A stretch of 64,000 nucleotides of DNA, taken from positions 64,001 through 128,000 of IMG/VR virus record IMGVR_UViG_3300020183_000007. The stretch is one strand, 5' to 3'. Every line of letters starts with the position of its first letter. Position 1 is the first letter of the stretch. Source of the DNA: a virus. Below, in pieces: positions 38,295 to 46,452 of this stretch. A model generated the notes under the pieces. The model did not search any database. It had not been told where the DNA came from and worked only from the letters and a program-made list of their open reading frames with translations. Position numbers and translations under genes: made by a program.

Positions 38295-39734
38295 ATGACC
38301 GATTTCTACTCCAAGGGCTGGAAGGCCCTCAAGCAGTTCGAGCAGCAGTTCTGCTCGATCCCTGAGCGTGATGCCCAAGACACCATACTATCAGCACCCT
38401 TTCAGACATACTATCGGGGCGATACCGATGGGTCGACATTGGTGCACAACACCTCGTACCTGCCCACACCAGGGCCTTATGGTGTCTGTATGTGGGAAAC
38501 CGGTGACAGGATACACCTGATCCACACGCGGCTCGACCTTCAGCCGGCTGGCAAGGTCAAGTGGGCGCTGCGAAGCTTCCACGGCATCTTGCAAATGGAT
38601 CCGACCATAGGGCGCTACATGCCCAAGAGTCGGTACCTGAAGGAAGTCAAATTCGCAGTCAATCCAACAGAGGATGGCTACCGCTTCCAGATTTTGAAGA
38701 CACAGGGTGGCAGAACCTGTGTCTATTGGGGATATGATCCGGAGAAGTTGATGCAAGAAATCGGCGATCCGGAGATGTGGAGAGCGGCGCGCAACGTCGT
38801 TTACAAGTATCTGATTCCGGATCAGATGTATAAAGTGTTGCAATGGTTTCGTTCGGAAAACCCCGTAGAGGAAACCGAACAATTGCGACTTGGTGGACCG
38901 GGATGGTCACGGATTTTGACTGGTAAGACCGGCGCAAAGGACATCCTCAACGGGGTCTATGACCCGAAGGGTGTCAGAAGGATTCCTAAGAACGCCTTTG
39001 GTGGTGTAGGGGAAATTCGAACCCTTAACGCTTTGGCAAAAGCGGTCTTCATAACTCGTGCGTGGCGCAGTCTTGATCCGCACACCTTTGGCGAAGTTAG
39101 CAATGCTTTGTCAAAGGATTTTCGTCTTGTCTATAATGGGTCATTTGAACAGGCTGACAAAATTGATTGGCTTGTCAGTAGAATTCCCAAACTGCCTATC
39201 GGTAGGGAGGAAAACTTTGAATCTATTGACCTTTTGTCCATTGAGGACATGATCACAATGCTCAAGCAAATGCCCCGAGCTTTGCGTTCTGCGTGTTTGG
39301 CTGAAATACGCAGAAGCGCAAATCGGGGTATGCAGTGGGCACACGATTACGTTGTCCTTGAGTTTAACAAACTGAAAACAGCCGACAAGGTAATCGAGCA
39401 GGATGAGCTCAGCCGGTTCGAGGGAACTGTCAACGATGACATGATTTGCGTGGTCCCGAAGTCCACCCATGATTTGGTTCAGTGGGGGACTGAGTACAAC
39501 ATCTGTATCGGTTCATACGCAGATCGCGTGTACCGTGGAAACACCTTGTGTATGGGGTTCCAGAACCCTCACACCAAGAGTTTCTACGGTTTTGCGGAGG
39601 TCAATCCGCAGAACAAGAAGCTTGTCCAACTGCTGGGCAAGTACAACCACAGTCTTGATAATCTGGACAAGCTTGCCATTGAGTGTTATCTAACCTCGAA
39701 GGGAGTTGGTGTTGATTTCTATCGGGGTAAATAA
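38295..39734 (+). CDS. PcfJ-like domain protein, paralog 2
   Basis: Colinear with 36196-37680 including identical peptide blocks (YMPKSRYLKEVKFAVNPTEDGYRFQILKTQGG). Confidence 0.65.
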   Translation: MTDFYSKGWKALKQFEQQFCSIPERDAQDTILSAPFQTYYRGDTDGSTLVHNTSYLPTPGPYGVCMWETGDRIHLIHTRLDLQPAGKVKWALRSFHGILQMDPTIGRYMPKSRYLKEVKFAVNPTEDGYRFQILKTQGGRTCVYWGYDPEKLMQEIGDPEMWRAARNVVYKYLIPDQMYKVLQWFRSENPVEETEQLRLGGPGWSRILTGKTGAKDILNGVYDPKGVRRIPKNAFGGVGEIRTLNALAKAVFITRAWRSLDPHTFGEVSNALSKDFRLVYNGSFEQADKIDWLVSRIPKLPIGREENFESIDLLSIEDMITMLKQMPRALRSACLAEIRRSANRGMQWAHDYVVLEFNKLKTADKVIEQDELSRFEGTVNDDMICVVPKSTHDLVQWGTEYNICIGSYADRVYRGNTLCMGFQNPHTKSFYGFAEVNPQNKKLVQLLGKYNHSLDNLDKLAIECYLTSKGVGVDFYRGK

Positions 39735-39837
39735 CAAGTTTTTCCCCGGGGATCGGCAGAAATGCTGGTCCTCGGGGAAACTTTCTTTATAGGCATCCAG
39801 CCATGTCCACTAAACCAAAGAAAGGAGGTGAACAAAC

Positions 39838-40062
39838 GTGTTCAACACACGAATCCCTCTTTCGAACGGATCGTACATCTCGTTGGCCCAAAACGAAATG
39901 TGCGTCCTCAGAGAGGAGTTCGTCCCCACTCTGGAGTGGGCGGGTGTCGAAACGCAGGATGATATCCTGCGGTTCGATAACCTGTCAACACTCCGGACGT
40001 TGTTGGATAAGGCGGAAGCCTGGAGTCTGAAGACTCCGGATCCGTCTTCCGACAACTCGTGA
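39838..40062 (+). CDS. Hypothetical protein
   Basis: AAGGAGG RBS, GTG start. Confidence 0.6.
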   Translation: MFNTRIPLSNGSYISLAQNEMCVLREEFVPTLEWAGVETQDDILRFDNLSTLRTLLDKAEAWSLKTPDPSSDNS

Positions 40063-40272
40063 CGACGAACGCAACTGCGCACCTGCAGACAACGATGATC
40101 TGTAGGGTGTGCCGGGGTTATCCACCCTGGGAACAGAAGCGGGGGGGTCGGCAGTGGGCCGGCTCCCTGTTCTGTTTGAGGAAATCTCTTTTTTGAGGAT
40201 AGACCGACCGGGTCTACCTACGGTCCCAGCACAACAGGATCTAACCAATCCGCTGGGAGAAAGGGAGGCATC

Positions 40273-40545
40273 ATGCAGAAGCTGCCCAAGCGAGTGTACG
40301 TCAAAAGGCGTATCCTCGTGGCTGCTCTCACGGTGTTCTTTCTGATGGCCGGATGTGGCATGATCAAGAAAGTGACGAGCCCCTCGTTCACTTGCCCGGA
40401 TCGCACCCACACGGTTCTTCAGGGGGAAAGTCTCTGGACCATTGCTGAAAAGCATTGCGACGGAGACCTGCTCGCTGTACGTTACCATCTGACACAGGCC
40501 TACGGGCCCGTGATTCAGCCCGGTGACGTCATCGAGCTGCCTTGA
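40273..40545 (+). CDS. Membrane-anchored LysM protein, paralog of 34513-34785
   Basis: KRVYVKRR + TM + HTVLQGESLWTIAEK...IQPGDVIELP. Confidence 0.85.
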   Translation: MQKLPKRVYVKRRILVAALTVFFLMAGCGMIKKVTSPSFTCPDRTHTVLQGESLWTIAEKHCDGDLLAVRYHLTQAYGPVIQPGDVIELP

Positions 40546-40757
40546 CGGCAAGTCGGCTCACTGAACCAGCAGTAATCTGGGAAGTCGCAACACACGACTA
40601 AAGATAATAACTCATATGAAGTTGGCATTGGTTACTTGCCTTATATAAGTATGAGTGAATTATTATGTGTTTTATTTGTGGGGAAACCCCGGGACTCGTA
40701 TCGATCCGAAGGGCACACCGATGGGTGTGTAATTCGTGCGAGTTCTGGGGTTTTCTC

Positions 40758-41019
40758 TTTGAGGATAGACCGCATCCTCAAGGTGACCGTGCTTTAGTCA
40801 CACGCCCCTCGTTAGGGGAAGGGCCGTAGGGCCAAGACATCGCACAACTACCGACCCACAACCATGTGAGTGGGACCTAATGGGGAACTGATGGGAAAAC
40901 TGAGCCACATATTCGCTCAGCCAGAAGGAAACCAGAAGGTGAGAAAATCATGAGAAACGTGGAATCAGCCCTGTCCGGTACGTTAAGCCGAGACACCAAA
41001 GGAGGAGGTCCGCATGGAC
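40758..41019 (+). repeat. 262-bp direct repeat (second copy 41855-42116): structured 5' leader
   Basis: Copies identical except one A/G; run from the TAGAC motif to the ATGGAC start. Confidence 0.9.
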
Positions 41020-41343
41020 CTGATCATAAAATTCGTCACCTACGTGGTGGCGGGTAAGTACAACGACCTGGTGGGTTTCGGCCCCCAGATCGTCGTCAAC
41101 GGAAAGCCGATCACGCTCGAGGCGTGGGTCCCCCGCAACAAGAAGGCTCGCAAGGGCTCCGAAGTCACGGGAACTCCCACCATCGAGGTTGAGGAGGGCA
41201 CTCAAATCACCAAGTCCTACACAAAGGACGGGGTGGAGGTGCTCCTGCCGGTCTGGAAGTTGCGGGTTGTGGTAAGCGGGGACTACGAGTTCTCGCAGCC
41301 GAAAACCGTGTCCCTCCAGGATTTCTTCAGGGACAACGTCTGA
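41014..41343 (+). CDS. Hypothetical protein (cassette payload A)
   Basis: GGAGG RBS; ends FFRDNV. Confidence 0.7.
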   Translation: MDLIIKFVTYVVAGKYNDLVGFGPQIVVNGKPITLEAWVPRNKKARKGSEVTGTPTIEVEEGTQITKSYTKDGVEVLLPVWKLRVVVSGDYEFSQPKTVSLQDFFRDNV

Positions 41344-41434
41344 CACCAATTCCGACGGTAAGCGGTCAACCGTCGGACAAGGAGGAGCCCCCTATCAAGG
41401 GGGTTTTCTCTTTGAGGATAGACCATTGGGGTCA
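41323..41434 (+). repeat. ~112-bp direct repeat (second copy 42453-42565): ORF tail + terminator + next motif
   Basis: Near-identical including the last codons FFRDN. Confidence 0.85.
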
Positions 41435-41459
41435 ATCTACAACAGAAAGGACAAGGGTG

Positions 41460-41810
41460 ATGATGTGTAATCACTTTTTAATGCTGCAGATGATGCAGCA
41501 GGCGGTGGAGGTTCTTCGTGAAAGGAAGAGTCCTCCAAAGAAGTGTGTTTCCCCAACCACCGGTAAGTTGATGGTGGAGTGGGGCATCTGGCGTAAGTTC
41601 TACGCCAAGATGGGCGTTTCTTCAGTAGGAAAGCCTTACATCATGATCTCGTTCCCGAAGCCTGTAACTAGGCACGAGGATGGGCATGAATACGGCCACG
41701 ATTACATCATGTGGCTGAATCCAAAGCAAGGGTCCATGACCTGCCCGAATTGCAGGAAAAAGTTGATTGACAGCAAGCTCGTTAATGAGCTAAGTGAGGT
41801 TGTTCAATAG
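41460..41810 (+). CDS. Hypothetical protein with CPNC
   Basis: GAAAGGA RBS; cassette context. Confidence 0.65.
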   Translation: MMCNHFLMLQMMQQAVEVLRERKSPPKKCVSPTTGKLMVEWGIWRKFYAKMGVSSVGKPYIMISFPKPVTRHEDGHEYGHDYIMWLNPKQGSMTCPNCRKKLIDSKLVNELSEVVQ

Positions 41811-42110
41811 AGGTTTTCCCCGGGGATCGAAAGGTCCTCGGGGAAACTTTCTTTTTTGAGGATAGACCGCATCCTCAAGGTGACCGTGCTTTAGTCACAC
41901 GCCCCTCGTTAGGGGAAGGGCCGTAGGGCCAAGACATCGCACAACTACCGACCCACAACCATGTGAGTGGGACCTAATGGGGAACTGATGGGAAAACTGA
42001 GCCACATATTCGCTCAGCCAGAAGGAAACCAGAAGGTGAGAAAATCATGGGAAACGTGGAATCAGCCCTGTCCGGTACGTTAAGCCGAGACACCAAAGGA
42101 GGAGGTCCGC

Positions 42111-42473
42111 ATGGACTACATCCACACCCTCATGGACATCTGGCGGGCGATCTGCTGGTCCATCCGCTTCGGCGGAGAAGGTCAGCAGAAACTCGACAAG
42201 AAGGGGCGGGAGTTCACCTCCTATTCCTTCGTCACCGAGGGCAACAGGGGTGTCCAGCCCAAGTCCGTGGTCGTGTACACGGGCAAGAAGGGGAACATCA
42301 CCGTGATGGCTAACATCAGCGCCCTGCGCAATGATGGCCAGCGGTACCCCAGGTCTGTCAAGTTCCTTCTCAAGAACTTGAACGAGGAGAAGTTCTTCCT
42401 CGTATGCGGTAAGACCCGCATGTACGACCACTACAAAGTGGATTATCCGGAGTTCTTCAGGGACAACGCCTGA
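42111..42473 (+). CDS. Hypothetical protein (cassette payload B)
   Basis: Same leader as payload A; ends FFRDNA; interior unrelated to payload A. Confidence 0.7.
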   Translation: MDYIHTLMDIWRAICWSIRFGGEGQQKLDKKGREFTSYSFVTEGNRGVQPKSVVVYTGKKGNITVMANISALRNDGQRYPRSVKFLLKNLNEEKFFLVCGKTRMYDHYKVDYPEFFRDNA

Positions 42474-42587
42474 TCCACAATTTCGACGGTAAGCGGTCAA
42501 CCGTCGGACAAGGAGGAGCCCCCTATCAAGGGGGTTTTCTCTTTGAGGATAGACCATTGGGGTCAGTCCAAAACAGAAAGGAAAGTC

Positions 42588-42782
42588 ATGGCAAAGAAAA
42601 TCATGAAGCTGGGCGAAAACGCCGGAGAGTGCGTGATCGATCAAAAAGATCGGTACACGGTTCTCACCTTCGATCAGAAGGAAGCAGCCGACAAGTTCGC
42701 CAAGAGCAAGGGCGTTCAGGTTCAGACGAAGATCGTCGGCGCAGCGAAGGTTCGTTCCTTCGTCGTCATCGTCAAGAGCTGA
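42588..42782 (+). CDS. Small basic protein
   Basis: GAAAGGA RBS before ATG 42588. Confidence 0.65.
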   Translation: MAKKIMKLGENAGECVIDQKDRYTVLTFDQKEAADKFAKSKGVQVQTKIVGAAKVRSFVVIVKS

Positions 42783-42881
42783 TCAGAAAAAGGGTCTGTT
42801 CCCGGGGAGAAATCCCTGGGAACTTCCTTTTTTGAGGATAGGCTACTGGGGCTAGTCCAAAAAGAAAGGTAAGGTTATGTC

Positions 42882-43418
42882 ATGGATAAAATGAAGAAAT
42901 TCTTCACAATCGTCGGAACTGGGTCTCGCAGCCTGGTGGAAGACGAAGAAAAGTTCAACAAGGTGCTTGCACACCTCACTGAACTTCTTGGCAAGGCAAA
43001 AGCCAAGCATGGAGAGAACCTTCTGGTCATCTCTGGCATGGCTGAGGGTTTCGATGAAGCCCTTGCCAAGGCTGCAATGGCAAACAGCGTTCAGCTGCTG
43101 GCAGCTATCCCCAATCGGGGGTACAGCAAGTATTACTGGAAGGATCACAGTATGACTGGTTTCGACCGGTACTCCTCTTTCCAGGAGCTGGCAAGGTATG
43201 CCAATGAAACAGGTGGGGTTGTTTACACCTGTGGATGCATCAAGGATCAACCCACAAAGTGTGGACACTGGGATGGGCGGATCTACAATTTCAAGCGAAA
43301 TGAATGGATGCTTGAGCGTGCCGACATTGTCTGGGTTTACAACCCGACGAGCAAGGGGACTGCTCACGCATACGGACTGGCTCGCAAAGCTGGTATTCGC
43401 ACCCACATCATTCAGTAA
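42882..43418 (+). CDS. SLOG superfamily (YspA-like) protein
   Basis: IVGTGSR, VISGMAEGFDEALAKAA, RNEWMLERADIVWVY...SKGTAH. Confidence 0.75.
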   Translation: MDKMKKFFTIVGTGSRSLVEDEEKFNKVLAHLTELLGKAKAKHGENLLVISGMAEGFDEALAKAAMANSVQLLAAIPNRGYSKYYWKDHSMTGFDRYSSFQELARYANETGGVVYTCGCIKDQPTKCGHWDGRIYNFKRNEWMLERADIVWVYNPTSKGTAHAYGLARKAGIRTHIIQ

Positions 43419-43552
43419 AGGAGGACAAATGGTCGTCCCCGGGGATCGAAAGGTCCTCGGGGAAACTTTTCGTCTTTTGAAAGAGATAGTCCCAGAAATA
43501 TTAATTAATACCATAGTCCTTGAAACAAAAGTAAAGGATAGAAAGGAGAGTC

Positions 43553-43759
43553 ATGGCTTACAACTATGACAATCGCAATTGCAATAAGTGTGGTGAGTTT
43601 CACTACAAAGGTGAACTAAGGTACCACGGGTTCATACCCGGCAAGGGAGACTATTTCACCTGCAAGAAATGTGATGAAGTAAAAGCTGCCATCAAGAAGA
43701 ATGTGAAAATCAAGAAGGAACGAGAGGCCTTGAAGGCTTCTCAGCCTACATTGTTCTGA
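43553..43759 (+). CDS. Small Zn-ribbon protein
   Basis: CNKC...CKKC; AAGGAG RBS. Confidence 0.6.
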   Translation: MAYNYDNRNCNKCGEFHYKGELRYHGFIPGKGDYFTCKKCDEVKAAIKKNVKIKKEREALKASQPTLF

Positions 43760-43951
43760 TGCCAACGTCTGGTCCCGGGGGGTGTTTACTCCCCGGGATA
43801 AGGACTTTAACAAAGTGATAGATTTATAATTAAAGTTATATAGTTTTTGGACTAGAACCCTAGTCTTTAGTTTGCGGGCATGACTAGTCCGTATTCTAAA
43901 CTCGAGTTAGGGACAGACACAAGGTCGTCCTTTGAGCCCTAGGAGGGTGCT

Positions 43952-44353
43952 ATGAAGACATACCAAATCAACCATGCGAGTTGGGTCGTGGGGCCCTTCG
44001 GGGAGTTCGGGACCCTGCTTGCGAACCCGGTCGGGCACCGTGAGGAACAGCAGGTGGACAAGATTGCCATCAGGGTCAACGACAAGGAGACCTACAAGAC
44101 CGCACAAAGCTGGCTGGCGGAGCTGAAGGACACGGACTTGGTGCTGACCGCTACCGCGGAGTTCAACCCGGTGCACCTCAGCAACGGTGACATCGGATTC
44201 ACCAAGGATCGCTGGGAGGACAAGAAGACCGGCGAGAACCGCGTGCAGGCTTCGCTGTACATCGGGTTCGCCACCGAGCCCAAGTGGGACATCATCAAGA
44301 AGCCGAAGGTCAACACCCTCGGCAACCTCAAGGAGCTTCGGCGCCCCGAGTGA
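43952..44353 (+). CDS. Putative OB-fold ssDNA-binding-like protein
   Basis: AGGAGG RBS; RWEDKKTGENR resembles the SSB L45 region; weak. Confidence 0.4.
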   Translation: MKTYQINHASWVVGPFGEFGTLLANPVGHREEQQVDKIAIRVNDKETYKTAQSWLAELKDTDLVLTATAEFNPVHLSNGDIGFTKDRWEDKKTGENRVQASLYIGFATEPKWDIIKKPKVNTLGNLKELRRPE

Positions 44354-44528
44354 GAGGCACAAGAGCAGTCGGGGACCCTTCGGGGTTCCCGGCTGTCTCA
44401 GCCTCAAAAAATACCATGTAGTTCCTTCAGTTCTAGCAGGGTCGTTGAATACGCGAGGTTTCGTTGAATACGCGAGGTTTCAGAAAGTTCTAAAAACTCA
44501 GTAGACCTACAAACGCTGGGAGGCGATC

Positions 44529-44702
44529 ATGACAAACAAGGAAATTCTGCAGGCTGCTCAAGCAATTCTAAATGAAATGCGAAAGCGTGAAGGCGGAGAG
44601 TCTCACAACATCTACGAGAAAGCAGAAGTTTTATTCATGGCAATCAGCAAAGCCTATCCCTGTGATATGGGAGAAGTGAAAGAAAAAGGAGGCTCACAAT
44701 GA
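44529..44702 (+). CDS. Hypothetical protein (57 aa)
   Basis: GGAGG RBS; ATGA overlap with the next ORF. Confidence 0.55.
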   Translation: MTNKEILQAAQAILNEMRKREGGESHNIYEKAEVLFMAISKAYPCDMGEVKEKGGSQ

Positions 44703-44842
44703 GCGACATTCAGGAAGCCCTCGAACAAAAGATCAAAGAGCTCCGCGAGATGGCACGAAATGCCAACTCCATCGCGGAGTCCCTCCGCCTCCACGCTGAG
44801 GCGTGCATCCTGGAGGAGCGACTCATCCACCTGGATGACTGA
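44699..44842 (+). CDS. Small coiled-coil protein (47 aa)
   Basis: GGAGG RBS; followed by a long terminator hairpin. Confidence 0.55.
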   Translation: MSDIQEALEQKIKELREMARNANSIAESLRLHAEACILEERLIHLDD

Positions 44843-44945
44843 TCTCCCCCTTGCTGAGAGTTCCTCGGTATACCTTCGGGTGTATCGGGGAACTCTCCGC
44901 GTAAAAAAGCTCTAAAAACCCACTAGACTCATAAGGAGTACTGCA

Positions 44946-45266
44946 ATGACAACTTTCATTTGGACGTGCATAGCGTTTGCGCTTGGTTTCTTAAGCTACA
45001 TAGGATATTGCCAAGTCCGACATATTGTTTCAGCGCGACTCAACTACGGCAAGCCCGTGTTGCTTGACGGCGAAAAGATTGGTTCAGTCATTTCGCTCCG
45101 TCACGACGGTTGCAAACGATACGTATTTGTGGATTATGATTATTGCTTGAATACTGATGTGCTTTATTACACCGCAGACGATGCCACAAATGCAATCAAG
45201 TGTGCGTATATCGCAATCATAAACAAGCGAAACCGAACAGCAACAAAACTCCACCACGCCATCTGA
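44946..45266 (+). CDS. Hypothetical membrane-anchored protein
   Basis: AAGGAG RBS; N-terminal TM helix. Confidence 0.65.
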   Translation: MTTFIWTCIAFALGFLSYIGYCQVRHIVSARLNYGKPVLLDGEKIGSVISLRHDGCKRYVFVDYDYCLNTDVLYYTADDATNAIKCAYIAIINKRNRTATKLHHAI

Positions 45267-45276
45267 TTCCAAACTC

Positions 45277-45723
45277 CACTAGGGGAGTATAAACCGATTT
45301 AAGCCTAGTGCGTTCCCCAGGTAACCCTGGGGAGGTATCTGAGTATCCACCTACATTCCAGTGTAGGCCCTCGCTCAAAGCCCCGGCGTTGAGAAAAATG
45401 GATAGAGATCTGGATAATCTCTATGGAATATTATAACATTTGACGGTCCCCAAGTGTTATAAGAACTCACTGTATCAGGCGGAAACCTGATCATATAGTG
45501 GATACAGGTATAATGTGGTATCAGTTCTGCATTATACCCACTAACGAACTGAAGGTCTCTCCGTAGATAGCTGACCAAAGCATTAGGGCATACCCCGATG
45601 TAGGATTGACGAATCCATTCTACCGTTGAAAATAATCTCAGGCAACGTATTACCTGAGTACCGGGAGTTCCCAGTCCCCGAAGGATGTCAGAGATTGTAC
45701 CAATATTGGTATAATCAACTGGG
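45277..45723 (+). ncRNA. Candidate large structured ncRNA (~450 nt)
   Basis: No RBS-backed ORF; about ten stems, a long-range GTATCCAC/GTGGATAC helix and a CAGTTC/GAACTG pseudoknot; strand assumed from neighbouring genes. Confidence 0.5.
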
Positions 45724-45872
45724 CGGTTCTAAAATTTTCCCTACCTTTGCATGGCGCCTCCCGGTGGTCCTGCTCGCTCCTATACCAGCGAGTGGGCCAC
45801 TGGCGCCATGAATTTCACATTCTAAAAAATACTGCAAAGTCCTCAAATCTACAGCACAAACAAAGGAGCGTA

Positions 45873-46079
45873 ATGCGCGAACAAGCAAGAGCCCGTCCCA
45901 GATGTTCAGTAGAAACCTTAAACTTGCTACAGCAAGTCGAAATCGCTATTAGATTCTGGGAATCAGAAGGCGAATTAACGCACTTGATTAAAGCAATGGC
46001 AGAAAAAGAGCAACTTCTCAAGCAAGCGCTTGAAGAATCTCGTAACTGGGCCAAAGCTAATACTGCTATAAATATCTAA
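45873..46079 (+). CDS. Hypothetical protein
   Basis: AAAGGAG RBS before ATG 45873. Confidence 0.55.
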   Translation: MREQARARPRCSVETLNLLQQVEIAIRFWESEGELTHLIKAMAEKEQLLKQALEESRNWAKANTAINI

Positions 46080-46171
46080 TGTTTGAATTTCTATTTGGAT
46101 GGTTCTTTGATCTCATTGATTCCATCTTTGACGACAATTAAAGTAAAACAAAACACAGAAAGTAGACACGC

Positions 46172-46324
46172 ATGAAACTCAATATCATTAAGAACACTGG
46201 CAAGATCACTGGTAAGTTGGTATCTGCAACCAAAGCAGCACCTACAAAGACCAAGAGTGGTCTGGCTTTCGCAAAAGACCAGTTCAAGAGTGGTTTCAAC
46301 GCCGGCGTTTCGTCCGATAGTTGA
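46172..46324 (+). CDS. Small Lys-rich protein (50 aa)
   Basis: Manually read MKLNIIKNTGKITGK...; followed by a terminator hairpin. Confidence 0.5.
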   Translation: MKLNIIKNTGKITGKLVSATKAAPTKTKSGLAFAKDQFKSGFNAGVSSDS

Positions 46325-46452
46325 CCATACAGAAACCTGGAGTTGGGTCTATCACAGGCCCTTCTCCAGGTTTCAGTAAATAAATAAAATTCAATAGTCC
46401 CCTTAGAAAAAACTTATTAGTAGATTTAGAAAAAGGAAGTGTATTTAACGTT

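Larger units (their letters stand above)
31937..42845 (+). repeat. Dispersed intergenic unit: GC hairpin + T-tract + N5-TAGRC + 5' hairpin, 16 copies
   Basis: TAGRC at 31982, 32222, 32762, 33295, 34114, 34923, 35438, 35779, 38255, 39790, 40200, 40766, 41419, 41863, 42550, 42839, nearly all directly after a terminator-like hairpin and T-run (e.g. CCCCGGGGATCGAAAGGTCCTCGGGGAAACTTTCTTTTTTGAGGATAGACC). Confidence 0.9.

Noticed and set aside
36196-39734. Diversity-generating retroelement (TR/VR pair)
   Set aside because: Differences between the paralogs are not adenine-specific and no reverse transcriptase is present.
32313-42091. Twister or twister-sister ribozyme suggested by the CGG-U...AAG-CCG hairpin
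   Set aside because: The loop is longer than twister L4, and there is no room for the P1/UAA/P2 elements or the GAG general-base segment in any permutation.
31937-42845. Integron attC cassette array
   Set aside because: No GTTRRRY/RYYYAAC core sites and no tyrosine integrase in the window. The repeats look like terminator/promoter units.
31478-44407. Many minus-strand and alternate-frame ORFs in the GC-rich island (e.g. 31509-32027, 33755-34264, 42045-42644, 42852-43514)
   Set aside because: High GC yields long spurious frames. They cross terminators and repeated leaders and lack RBSs.
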